Source: an uncultured Candidatus Saccharibacteria bacterium (GTDB lineage Bacteria > Patescibacteriota > WWE3 > UBA101185 > UBA10185). Taken from it: a stretch of DNA of 64,000 bases. The notes beneath the pieces were generated by a model, which saw nothing but the letters and a program-made list of their open reading frames with translations, was not told where the DNA came from and searched no databases. Each line of letters starts with the position of its first letter. Positions within the stretch are counted from its first letter, which is position 1. The stretch spans positions 349 to 64,348 of the forward strand of contig CAZXUJ010000003.1 of NCBI GenBank assembly GCA_964643995.1, read 5' to 3'. This document shows, one piece after another, positions 37,842 through 47,403 of the stretch. A program made the position numbers and the translations under genes.

Positions 37842-38570
37842 ATGCCTGCTAAAGTTTATAAGTACAAACCCAGACCTACTAGAGCTCAATATATCTTGTT
37901 CAAAACCATTTCCAACATACTTGTTTTGGGTGGTATATTGTTTCTTCTATTAGCATTTGGACCTGTCATAAAAGATGAGGCAAGCTATTTTTACATGAAG
38001 TTAAAATCGCAGAAATTTGTCTTAGTTAACCGCACTGTCGGGGAAAACCTCCCAGCCGATGTGTCTGAAAGGGGAAGTCTATTTGCAAGGTTATTGTCGA
38101 CTAGTCCCATTGAGCTTACTCCCGTAAACAAAGATTTTGCACTAGTGATAGAAAAGATTGGTTTAAATGCTCCCGTAGTTGCGGACGTTTCTGTAACTAA
38201 CCCTGACGCATATAATTTGGCATTGAAGGAGGGTATCGCGCATGCCTCGATATCCAATTATCCTTCTGGTGAAGCGGGCAATACCTATTTGTTCGCCCAT
38301 GCTTCAACTAATTTTTGGGAGTTGGGGCAGTACGCAACTGTTTTCAATCTCTTAAGGAAGCTTGAGGTAGGGGATAGAGCCCATATTTTCTTCGATAGTA
38401 AAGAGTTTGTATATGAGGTGGTTAACGTTGAAGTGTTGGACGGATGGAATACCTATCCAATCACGCGACCAGTAATAGAACCTACATTAACTTTGCAGAC
38501 TTGCGACCCACCTGGAACTACACTCAACAGGCTCGTGGTAACTTCAAAGTTGCTTGAGATAAAAGAGTGA
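37842..38570 (+). CDS. Sortase (class D/E-like)
   Basis: TM helix, GNTYLFAHAS, TLQTCDPPG, NRLVV. Confidence 0.9.
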   Translation: MPAKVYKYKPRPTRAQYILFKTISNILVLGGILFLLLAFGPVIKDEASYFYMKLKSQKFVLVNRTVGENLPADVSERGSLFARLLSTSPIELTPVNKDFALVIEKIGLNAPVVADVSVTNPDAYNLALKEGIAHASISNYPSGEAGNTYLFAHASTNFWELGQYATVFNLLRKLEVGDRAHIFFDSKEFVYEVVNVEVLDGWNTYPITRPVIEPTLTLQTCDPPGTTLNRLVVTSKLLEIKE

Positions 38571-38571
38571 C

Positions 38572-39765
38572 TTATCTAATACCTATGGTATACAAATCAG
38601 TTTGCTCGTTTGATCTAAAGGATGTAAGGAAGATCAACTTATCTCCTCCTGGTGTGCTGTAAACGTTTCTTGAGTTCATAGTATTGTTGTACACTTCTGT
38701 TTTATTTGTGCCATCAATTCTTATTATGCTTATTGTGCCTCTATTATCTTTTTCAATATCGCCTTCAACTAGTAGTAAATGAAAGCTATCTGCGTACCAC
38801 GAAATAGCTGGTTGAGGATCTGTTTTATTTGTTGTAAAAACAATGTTCTCAACTTTTTCGCCTACTGGTAGAGGTTTTTCTAGGTTGTATACTCTATATT
38901 CCAGATTTTCACCATTTTCTACAACATATAGAAACTTCTGTTCATCTGGTGACCAAACAGTTCCTGACGCTACTGCAATTGCAGCTATGTCGTCTGGTAT
39001 AAAAAGTTTGGCAATGAAGTCCTGTCTTTTCTTTATCAACTCTGTTTCCCAGGTGTTTCTCAATAGCTCGGGGGAGGCAGTAGACTGTGTAGTTTTATTT
39101 TTAATATCTATAACGTAGTACAAGTCGTTGTCTGTCTGTAGTAGTAGTTCATCTTCATCTGGTGACCACTCGATTGATTTACTGTTTGAATATATTATCG
39201 CTTGGGTGTCTTCGATAGCGACATAAGGCTCTGCCCTGAACAAGCTGATGCCCAAGTCGTTTAAAGGTATTATCCATACTCCAGATTCTTGCCCGTCTTT
39301 AGAAAGATATGCCAACTTGCTTAAACTGTGTGACACAACTGGCATTCGTGCGCCGGTGTTTGTCAAAGGTTCCAGTCTTGGGGTTTGTGAGATTAGTACA
39401 GCAGTAACATCCGTAACCAATTCCGCGAACACTTCAACTTTTTTGCCCCATGGTACATAACCGTTTCTTATTATTCTAAGATCGTATTCTCCTGGGTCCA
39501 GCGCGGATATGGTGTCGTTTGTAGCTGTAAATAAAACACCGTTAATATATACATTCGCGCCCTCTGGGGTAGACTTAGCGCTTATCAACCCCGTTCTCTT
39601 TAAATCCACATTCACATTGTTCTGGTTTTTGCTCAGTCGGTACCCGGATGTATATAGGTATATTAGTGTGGTTGCACCAAGTAGTAGTAAGACAGTAACA
39701 AGTGTATGCATAAAGTGTTTTCTTATTGGATTGTTGTCTTGAAGTTTTTCTTGCGTGTTTTCCAT
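38572..39765 (-). CDS. PEGA-domain protein with TolB-like beta-propeller
   Basis: TM helix, STPEGANVYING (PEGA), repeated WSPD motifs. Confidence 0.85.
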   Translation of the reverse strand: MENTQEKLQDNNPIRKHFMHTLVTVLLLLGATTLIYLYTSGYRLSKNQNNVNVDLKRTGLISAKSTPEGANVYINGVLFTATNDTISALDPGEYDLRIIRNGYVPWGKKVEVFAELVTDVTAVLISQTPRLEPLTNTGARMPVVSHSLSKLAYLSKDGQESGVWIIPLNDLGISLFRAEPYVAIEDTQAIIYSNSKSIEWSPDEDELLLQTDNDLYYVIDIKNKTTQSTASPELLRNTWETELIKKRQDFIAKLFIPDDIAAIAVASGTVWSPDEQKFLYVVENGENLEYRVYNLEKPLPVGEKVENIVFTTNKTDPQPAISWYADSFHLLLVEGDIEKDNRGTISIIRIDGTNKTEVYNNTMNSRNVYSTPGGDKLIFLTSFRSNEQTDLYTIGIR

Positions 39766-39826
39766 GCGGAGTTATTCTAACTCTTATGTGCCAGCGCTTC
39801 AACTGATTGTTGTGTATAATGTGCTC

Positions 39827-40921
39827 ATGATTATTGGCATAGATGCCTCCCATCTCAACCCTTTAAATATGTCTGGTACCCAAACCTATTTATACAGTCT
39901 TTTACGTAATATTGCTCTTATTGACGACACTAATACATACTATGTCTATACACGGTATCCGGTGACAACTGCTTTCTTTTCTGAAATGACTTGTGGAAAA
40001 CCGAATTTTACCTGTATTGCTTTGCAAAGCAAGCTGTCTTGGACACAACATGCTTTGGCATTCCGCACATTCAAAGACAAACCTAATGTGCTATTTTGTC
40101 CTTGGCAAACTATGCCAGTAATACACTATTATGCCACAAGAATAGTTGGTGTTATACATGGTCTCGAGTATAGTTTTTTACGTTTTTGTCCTACTTTTTA
40201 CACCGCTTTGTTTTCTGATAAGCTCATAGGTGTCTCAAATTTCACCAAAGCTTCTCTTTTGACTAAAATTCCATTTTTGAACCCAAAATTAAGTGTAATA
40301 TATGAGGGTGTTGATGCCAAACATTTTCATAAACTGGCGAAAAATAATATTACCCCTGTCTTGGCAAAATACAATATTAATTCCTCATATATTTTTTTCG
40401 TTGGTTATATGGTTGCACGTAAGAATATCGAGCGCTTGCTTGTGGCATATGCTAAGTATCATAAAAGAGTTTCCAATCCAACAAATTTAGTTTTAGGTGG
40501 TAAAGTGCCTCCTGAAAGTCAGTATCTTCTTCAACTTCCGGAGAAGTTAGGTATTGCTGAAAATGTGCAATTTTTAGGTTATGTGCCTGAAGATGATCTC
40601 CCAGCTTTGCTATCAGGAGCTCAAGCATTGTCATATGTTTCTTTAAGTGAGGGCTTTGGGTTACCTCCCCTTGAGGCTATGGCTTGTCAAACACCCGTGT
40701 TAAGCTCGTTAGCAGGTGCTTTGCCTGAGGTTTGTTCTGATGCAGCGTTACTTGTTGATCCTCTAAATATTGATGCAATAAGCAACGGTATAGAAGAAAT
40801 CTTATCAGATGCTGCTTTACGTAAAAAATTAGTTTTGCGGGGACTTATGAATATTCAAAAATTCGATTGGAGTATAACTGCTAGGCAAGTATTGGATATA
40901 CTAATTGCTCAGGAGGCATAA
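39827..40921 (+). CDS. GT4 glycosyltransferase (mannosyltransferase-like)
   Basis: MIIGIDAS start, RKNIERL, EGFGLPPLEAMAC. Confidence 0.92.
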   Translation: MIIGIDASHLNPLNMSGTQTYLYSLLRNIALIDDTNTYYVYTRYPVTTAFFSEMTCGKPNFTCIALQSKLSWTQHALAFRTFKDKPNVLFCPWQTMPVIHYYATRIVGVIHGLEYSFLRFCPTFYTALFSDKLIGVSNFTKASLLTKIPFLNPKLSVIYEGVDAKHFHKLAKNNITPVLAKYNINSSYIFFVGYMVARKNIERLLVAYAKYHKRVSNPTNLVLGGKVPPESQYLLQLPEKLGIAENVQFLGYVPEDDLPALLSGAQALSYVSLSEGFGLPPLEAMACQTPVLSSLAGALPEVCSDAALLVDPLNIDAISNGIEEILSDAALRKKLVLRGLMNIQKFDWSITARQVLDILIAQEA

Positions 40922-40924
40922 ATT

Positions 40925-41809
40925 ATGCAGGTTGCTGAAAAGTACATACTGGGTACTAAAATAAATCATAATCTTTCATACTCGTCTGTTTGCTCTGAGA
41001 TAGACAACTATATAGCAGCAGATACTCGGGGGCTGATTTGTACTACAAATCCAGAGTTTGTGATGAAGGCCCAGCAAGACAAAGAATTCCAGAATTTGAT
41101 AAACGTATCTTTGCTTTCATTACCTGATGGTTTTGGAGTTCTCATCGCTCTTGAGTTCTCCGAATACGTCATTCGGCATAACGTAACCTCCCCTATTATA
41201 AGGATGTTTCTATGGTGTTACTTTTGTGTTAAGTGTTTTCTCTTTAAAAGTAACTTTGGAAATACTGTGACAGGTGTTGATTTAATCACACATTTATGTC
41301 GATTAGCTTCTGAAAAAGGTTATTCAGTATTCTTTTTAGGCGGTAGACCACGTGATGTCTTCGGCCATGCCTTAGATCATGTCTCCATTGATCTAGCTAC
41401 TGAAACAGCTTCTATTATGAAAAAGTGTTTTCCAAACCTTAAGGTTATAGGTGCTACTTCGAAGTTTAATTCGGACATTTCTGATGACGCCAAATCCTCT
41501 GCATATATCTCGAAATGTATGTCTAATAATAATGTAACATCTGTTGACATTATATTAGTCGCATATAATTTTGTTGCTCAGGAGAAGTGGTTATCTAGAA
41601 ACATGTCTAAAATTAATGCCAGTATAGGTATAGGTGTGGGCGGCTCTTTTGATTATATATCTGGTTATGTCTCACGTCCTCCTATAATAGTACGACGTTT
41701 ACATCTAGAATGGCTGTATAGATTATTGATGCACCCTTTCAGAGCTAAAAGAGTGTTTGACGCACTTTTTAGATTCAGTAAATCTATGATTTTTGCTCAA
41801 AATGATTGA
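40925..41809 (+). CDS. WecB/TagA/CpsF glycosyltransferase
   Basis: TTNPEFV, PDGFG, VTGVDL, QEKW, GVGGSFD, LEWLYRL. Confidence 0.9.
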   Translation: MQVAEKYILGTKINHNLSYSSVCSEIDNYIAADTRGLICTTNPEFVMKAQQDKEFQNLINVSLLSLPDGFGVLIALEFSEYVIRHNVTSPIIRMFLWCYFCVKCFLFKSNFGNTVTGVDLITHLCRLASEKGYSVFFLGGRPRDVFGHALDHVSIDLATETASIMKKCFPNLKVIGATSKFNSDISDDAKSSAYISKCMSNNNVTSVDIILVAYNFVAQEKWLSRNMSKINASIGIGVGGSFDYISGYVSRPPIIVRRLHLEWLYRLLMHPFRAKRVFDALFRFSKSMIFAQND

Positions 41810-41840
41810 CAACTAACTTTGGGTATGCCAACATTATTTC

Positions 41841-42827
41841 ATGCAATTAGAGGACAGGTTTTTTACATCAACTGAAGTAGCAGAAATATTAGGCGTAAGC
41901 TTGAGATCTGTATACCGATACTTAGAAGAAGGTAAGATAGATGCTGAAATTAAAACTGCCACCGGACGTCATAGATTTACTAGACAAAACATCTTAAACT
42001 TTTTATATCCAGATGGTCAGCAAATTGAAGAGGAGCCAAGTCGCCGTAGTGCTACTAGTCCCGCAACAGTAATGCAGAATAGTATGCCCGTTAGTGCGCG
42101 TGTCATACAACCTCATGCACCATCAGTAGCTCAGGCTACATCATCTCAGCATGTCGTTGCAGAGTCAGCACCTACTGAACCAGTTAATAATCCGATACAA
42201 AACACTGTACAAGCAGCTGTCGCTGTTGAGGAGGAGGAAGTAGATTGGTTATCGAAATTTAGAGCTGCTGCTCAAAAACATCGTGAGCAGATGCAAGCAG
42301 AAGTTGCAAAAGCCCCAGTTGTTGAACCAACATCAACTCCAATTCCTACGCCCGCAGCACAGGTTGTAACTCCGATGGAGCCCCAGTCTGAAAAAATTCA
42401 CATTGATTCTTTAAGCTCTTTAACCGAGGAAAAGTCTTATTCTAGTGAGTTTGTCTTTTACTATACAAGTGGTGTTGGTGGCTTAAAGGAGCTTGCACAG
42501 TACATAAATAAAGCAGCTAAGAAAGCCGGAGTTCCATATGCATTTACTATGAATGCGGGCTTATCTTTACATAAGCTTATTAGACCCTTCTCTGTATTAC
42601 ACATATATGTAAAAAGTGAAGATAGGTCATTTTTTGAGAGAACGCTTGAGCTTTCCCCTGTAGATAAGTCTTCTGCGCAACTAGCAATATTTATAGATCG
42701 CTCCTCAGTTCTTAAATCTGTAAATGAAGTGCACGGTCTGAGTGTTGTATCAAATGAACAACTTAAAAAAGATCTTCTTAATTCTGGAGAAGATGACTTA
42801 GCCAGAGAATTGAACGATTTATCATGA
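41841..42827 (+). CDS. Excisionase-like HTH + low-complexity linker + AbiEi-like C-terminal domain
   Basis: FTSTEVAEILGVSLRSVYRY..KTATGRHRF; Pro/Ala/Gln-rich linker; YAFTMNAGLSL...LHIYV. Confidence 0.7.
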   Translation: MQLEDRFFTSTEVAEILGVSLRSVYRYLEEGKIDAEIKTATGRHRFTRQNILNFLYPDGQQIEEEPSRRSATSPATVMQNSMPVSARVIQPHAPSVAQATSSQHVVAESAPTEPVNNPIQNTVQAAVAVEEEEVDWLSKFRAAAQKHREQMQAEVAKAPVVEPTSTPIPTPAAQVVTPMEPQSEKIHIDSLSSLTEEKSYSSEFVFYYTSGVGGLKELAQYINKAAKKAGVPYAFTMNAGLSLHKLIRPFSVLHIYVKSEDRSFFERTLELSPVDKSSAQLAIFIDRSSVLKSVNEVHGLSVVSNEQLKKDLLNSGEDDLARELNDLS

Positions 42828-42862
42828 ACTATAAACTAATACTGTGCTAGAATAACCACAGT

Positions 42863-44413
42863 ATGTCCCCAAACAAAAAAGGAATAATTCAAGCTTTAGA
42901 AGATTTGATAATTGATAAGGATGCTATCAATCAAAACAAAAAGATTTTGATGGTTGGCGCAGAGGTTGCTCCATATGCTTATGTAGGTGGCGTTGCAATG
43001 GTTTTGGGATACTTATCAAAGGCTTTAAGTGATCTCGGTTGTGATGTAAGACTTTTTATGCCAAAGTTTTACAGTATAGATGAGGATAAGTATAAGCTGA
43101 CTACTATACATGAGGGTTTACAGGTACCTACAGATGATGAAGATACACCTTATTTAATTTGTAACGTTAAGGAGGCGACTGCGCCTCATGGGGTTAAGAT
43201 ATATTTTTTGGAGAACCAGGAATATTACGAAAAACGCGCTAACATATATGGCTATAGTGATGATCCCACAAGATGGGCACTTCTCTCTAGAGGTGTTCTA
43301 GAATTTATAAAAACAAAAATTTTTATCCCTGATGTTATACATAGCAATGATTGGCATACTGGTCTGATTTCGAACTACATGACTACATCTTACAGAAAAG
43401 ACCCTGTAATAGAGAATATAACTAGTGTATTTACAATTCACAGCCTTAAATATCAGGGAAACTTTGATCACCATAACGTTCCTGAACTAGATATCGATGA
43501 TGGTCGCTCTGCTGTAGCGCCACTTTTCTCAGATCGTCTAAACAAACAGAATTTCATGCGTAGGGGAATTTTACACAGTGCTGTGGTGAACACTGTTTCT
43601 AAAAAGTATGCCAAAGAGGTTTTAACCCCTGAATTTGGGGAGGGTTTAGATAGGCTTTTATTGGAATTACAGGGTAAGTTCTTTGGGATAATGAATGGGC
43701 TTGATTACACTGTTATGGATTCTCGCACGGATAAGCTGATCCCACATAACTATGGTATTGGAACATTGGGCAAGCGTTCTGAGAATAAGAGAGCTCTACA
43801 AAAAGAATTCGAGTTAAAGGTGGATGATAAGATTCCTCTATTTGCCATTGTAGGTCGTTTAGATTATCAGAAGGGAATTGATCTTGTTGTTAAAACTATG
43901 CATCATGCTATGAAAGATTACGATATTCAGTTTGTTCAAGTAGGGGGGGGCGATTCATCCCTTGTACAAATGCTTCAACAATTAAAGGAGTCTTTCCCGG
44001 ATAGGGTGGGGATTCACACTTATCCTAATTTCAGCCTACCGCGTTTAGTTTTTGCTGGTAGCGATGTAATTTTATACCCATCTCGCTTTGAGCCTTGCGG
44101 GGTAGTTCAACTTGAGGCTATGCGCTATGGTGCTATACCACTTGTACGTTGGGTAGGTGGCCTTGCGGATAGCGTAGAAAACTTTGACTCAATTACGATG
44201 ACTGGCACTGGTTTTGTCTTTAAAGAATTTAATGAGTTTGCATTATTTGGACAAATTGTCCGTGCAATAGAGCTTTATAACCACAAAAATATTTGGAATA
44301 CTTTGCAGAAGAATGCCATGAAAGCTGACTTTAGCTGGGATTCCAGTGCAAAAGAATACATCAAACTTTATACGTTGTCTAAGTCATTTCATGACAACCG
44401 ATTACTGTCATAA
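42863..44413 (+). CDS. glgA: Glycogen/starch synthase (GT5)
   Basis: AEVAP..VGG, HSNDWHT, FTIHSLKYQG, GRLDYQKG, PSRFEPCG. Confidence 0.9.
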   Translation: MSPNKKGIIQALEDLIIDKDAINQNKKILMVGAEVAPYAYVGGVAMVLGYLSKALSDLGCDVRLFMPKFYSIDEDKYKLTTIHEGLQVPTDDEDTPYLICNVKEATAPHGVKIYFLENQEYYEKRANIYGYSDDPTRWALLSRGVLEFIKTKIFIPDVIHSNDWHTGLISNYMTTSYRKDPVIENITSVFTIHSLKYQGNFDHHNVPELDIDDGRSAVAPLFSDRLNKQNFMRRGILHSAVVNTVSKKYAKEVLTPEFGEGLDRLLLELQGKFFGIMNGLDYTVMDSRTDKLIPHNYGIGTLGKRSENKRALQKEFELKVDDKIPLFAIVGRLDYQKGIDLVVKTMHHAMKDYDIQFVQVGGGDSSLVQMLQQLKESFPDRVGIHTYPNFSLPRLVFAGSDVILYPSRFEPCGVVQLEAMRYGAIPLVRWVGGLADSVENFDSITMTGTGFVFKEFNEFALFGQIVRAIELYNHKNIWNTLQKNAMKADFSWDSSAKEYIKLYTLSKSFHDNRLLS

Positions 44414-44424
44414 CTTGTATATCT

Positions 44425-44562
44425 TTGACATGATGTTAATGTTGTGTTAACATTTCATTATAGGTTGTAGTTTGTACCCTGGAGAGGAATTTAATTTCCT
44501 ATTCTGTGGGCAGGAGAATAGGAATGGTCCTTTCCAGGATATAGATTACAACTACCTTTTTT
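44425..44562 (+). ncRNA. Promoter-driven ~95-nt hairpin RNA candidate
   Basis: TTGACA-N17-TAACAT (44425-44453); GTTGTAGTTTGTA/TATAGATTACAAC, CCTGGAGAGGA/TCCTTTCCAGG, TTCCTATTCT/AGAATAGGAA; T-run at 44557-44562. Confidence 0.55.
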
Positions 44563-44575
44563 CCTCTTCTGAAAG

Positions 44576-45826
44576 ATGATAGAATACCTTGTGATGTTGT
44601 CATTATTGCTCCATTTATATCAGCCGTCCTATCAAGATAAGCAGATCTTTAAGAGAATTGCTGACGAGTCTTACATCCCATTAATTAGGTTTCTAAAAGC
44701 GAATAAAAATTTTAAGGTAACTCTTAATACACCTCTTAGTTTTCTTGAGTCGTTGGATAAGTTTGGTTACAACAGTATGATAAGCGATCTACATTTTCTT
44801 TTAGACCGTAAGCAGGTTGAACTTGTTGGTAGTGGCGCATACCATCCTTTACTTCCTAAAATCCCAAATCATATCGCTGAAAAGGAAATTATTTTAAATG
44901 AATATGGCCTTGGTTACTATTTTGGTAGACGTCAAGGTTTTGAAGGTGAAAACGCGATTCTCGTAAGTAACATTAATGGATTTTTTCCTCCAGAATTAGC
45001 TATCAATAACGATGTACTTCGCTTACTAGATTCACTTGGCTATCGTTGGGTACTCGTAGATCACACCGCTGTTCTAAATGAAAAACCATCAGCAATATAT
45101 TCAGTTAGTGGACTAAATATAAAAGTAATTGTTAGAAATTCTACTCTGAGTAACATGCTAGCTTTCTCACGTTCTTCTGACATCGAAAATCTTAAAGAAT
45201 CATTACTGAGCAGCAATAATCATGTCCTAGCAATGGATGGCGAGACATTTGGACATCATAACAGGTCAGGTATCGATTTGCTATATTCATTAATGGATAC
45301 TCTTACATCTGTTAACATCCAGACAGCTACATGTAGTGAGTATTTATCATATCACTCTGCCTTGGAAATAACTGGCTTATCGGAAAGTACATGGAGCACA
45401 TATGTAAAAGAAGGTAAAATAGAAAATACATATCCTTTGTGGGCTTCTGTGGATAATACAGTGCAGTCTAAACAATGGGAACTGTTAAATTTAGTTAATA
45501 GTGCCTACAATGAACCTCAAATCACTATACAGGACGATCAGTATGCTAATAAGCCTCTTTGGCATCTAGGAGCTGTGGTAAAAGATATTAAAGACCCCTC
45601 TTTAGTCCAAGATGTGTTGAAAGAGATTATTTTACTTCGTTTGCAGAATAGCGACCAGTTCTTCTGGTCTTCTAACGTAACACTGCCCTTAGGCGAGCAT
45701 TTGTATGACAAGGTACTACTTAGTAAGTCTTTAAATCTGTTCTCTGACTATAAACAACTTTGTGCACCTTCGAAGTATTTAAGTGAGCTTGAGTTCAAGA
45801 TTAACGAACTTCGTCAATTAATATAA
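44576..45826 (+). CDS. Glycoside hydrolase family 57 protein (start may be 44594)
   Basis: HLYQP, GAYHPLLP, FFPPELA, AMDGETFGHH. Confidence 0.88.
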   Translation: MIEYLVMLSLLLHLYQPSYQDKQIFKRIADESYIPLIRFLKANKNFKVTLNTPLSFLESLDKFGYNSMISDLHFLLDRKQVELVGSGAYHPLLPKIPNHIAEKEIILNEYGLGYYFGRRQGFEGENAILVSNINGFFPPELAINNDVLRLLDSLGYRWVLVDHTAVLNEKPSAIYSVSGLNIKVIVRNSTLSNMLAFSRSSDIENLKESLLSSNNHVLAMDGETFGHHNRSGIDLLYSLMDTLTSVNIQTATCSEYLSYHSALEITGLSESTWSTYVKEGKIENTYPLWASVDNTVQSKQWELLNLVNSAYNEPQITIQDDQYANKPLWHLGAVVKDIKDPSLVQDVLKEIILLRLQNSDQFFWSSNVTLPLGEHLYDKVLLSKSLNLFSDYKQLCAPSKYLSELEFKINELRQLI

Positions 45827-45830
45827 AATA

Positions 45831-47372
45831 ATGAAACTACTTACTTTGTTACACTTATATCAGCCTTATAATCAAAAGGATGAGGTAGTACGTAAGGTTA
45901 CTAATGAGTCTTATTTACCTCTAACGGTTGGTCTGTTGAATACACCAAGTGCTCAGTGTACTTTCAACATCTCCGGTTCTTTACTCATCTTACTACAAAG
46001 GAATGGATTTAGTAGTGTAATAGATAATATTGGTAAGTTAATAGAACGCGGACAGGTTGAGTTAACTTCAAGTGCAATGTATCATTCTTTACTACCTTTA
46101 ATGCCACAGGGTGAAATAAGGAGACAAGTAGACCAACACAATAAAACTTGTACTGAGATATTTGGTTCATTATATAAACCTACTGGGTTTTTTCCGCCTG
46201 AAATGGGGATATCTGCTGGTTTACTAGCCCAAATAGCTACTTATGGGTATACCTGGATGCCCGTACCTGATTTAGCTTCCCCTGAAGTTAAAAGACATGA
46301 TGGGGTTTATATTCATGACAAGTCAGGAATAAAGCTTCTTTTTAGGAACAAAAGAGTTAGTTCGTTGGTTTTATCATCCGTAGTGAAAAGCGCCGCAGAT
46401 CTGCTAAAAGAAACCCAAGATATACTAAATGAGTTGTTCTGGTTTGTAATTGTCGACGGTGAAACTTTTGGCCATCATCGTATTGGTCATGAGAAAGCAT
46501 TGTTTAACATATTCAACTCTCCCAAAATACAAACCTTAACTGTTGATAATTATCTGAAAACTATCTCTGGAGACTTACCTAAGGTTACTGTGCGTTCTTG
46601 TACGTGGACAAATAGTGAACAGGATTTTTTTCTTGAGGCTGAGGGTAAGGAAAATTCATTTACCTTATGGCACGATCCTGAAAATCCCATCCATACTGCT
46701 CAGTGGAAATTAACGAATTTGGCTATTAAAGCGGTAAATGACTATCCAGAAAAAGATTCCGATTTGTGGAAAGGTGCACGAACCACTTTAGATTATGCCA
46801 TTGCCTCTGATCAATATTGGTGGGCGAGTGCTAAGCCTTGGTGGAGTCTTGAGATGATAGAGTTGGGAGCTTTTACTTTGAAAGACATAGTTATGAATCT
46901 AAATTTACCAGCTGAAGTTAAAGCACAGGCAGACCAACTGTACAGACAAATACTAGACAAAGCCTTTGAATGGCACCGCACGGGTTACGTGCAAAAAGTT
47001 CATATGTCATACGCTGCCTATCATGACAAAAAACCCTTTAAGGACCAAGCACACCTTGAATGGTACAACCAAGTAATTTTAGAGTTCGAGGATGAAATGA
47101 ATAAGGCAGCATCTAAGATGAACTATGAATTAGCTGTTAAATGGAGAGATGCCATAATAAAACTCAAGCAGGGTAATGATATTTTCGATGTTTTACACGT
47201 AATCGATGATTTATGGAGTGCCCGCACAATACCTTCCGTAAAACCATTCTTTGACCACGCTTATGAGGAATTTTCGACTTTTGCAAAGGAATACTTCTTA
47301 GGCTTTAAAACCAAGGAAGAGTTTGAGGAATGGAAGGCCAATAAAATAAAAAGATACACCCAGCAATCGTGA
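45831..47372 (+). CDS. Glycoside hydrolase family 57 protein with C-terminal UVR motif
   Basis: HLYQP, FFPPEMG, VDGETFGHH, SDQYWW; EDEMNKAASKMNYELAVKWRDAIIKLK. Confidence 0.88.
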   Translation: MKLLTLLHLYQPYNQKDEVVRKVTNESYLPLTVGLLNTPSAQCTFNISGSLLILLQRNGFSSVIDNIGKLIERGQVELTSSAMYHSLLPLMPQGEIRRQVDQHNKTCTEIFGSLYKPTGFFPPEMGISAGLLAQIATYGYTWMPVPDLASPEVKRHDGVYIHDKSGIKLLFRNKRVSSLVLSSVVKSAADLLKETQDILNELFWFVIVDGETFGHHRIGHEKALFNIFNSPKIQTLTVDNYLKTISGDLPKVTVRSCTWTNSEQDFFLEAEGKENSFTLWHDPENPIHTAQWKLTNLAIKAVNDYPEKDSDLWKGARTTLDYAIASDQYWWASAKPWWSLEMIELGAFTLKDIVMNLNLPAEVKAQADQLYRQILDKAFEWHRTGYVQKVHMSYAAYHDKKPFKDQAHLEWYNQVILEFEDEMNKAASKMNYELAVKWRDAIIKLKQGNDIFDVLHVIDDLWSARTIPSVKPFFDHAYEEFSTFAKEYFLGFKTKEEFEEWKANKIKRYTQQS

Positions 47373-47403
47373 CACTTTACATTCATGTTGTTATCATTAG
47401 CTC

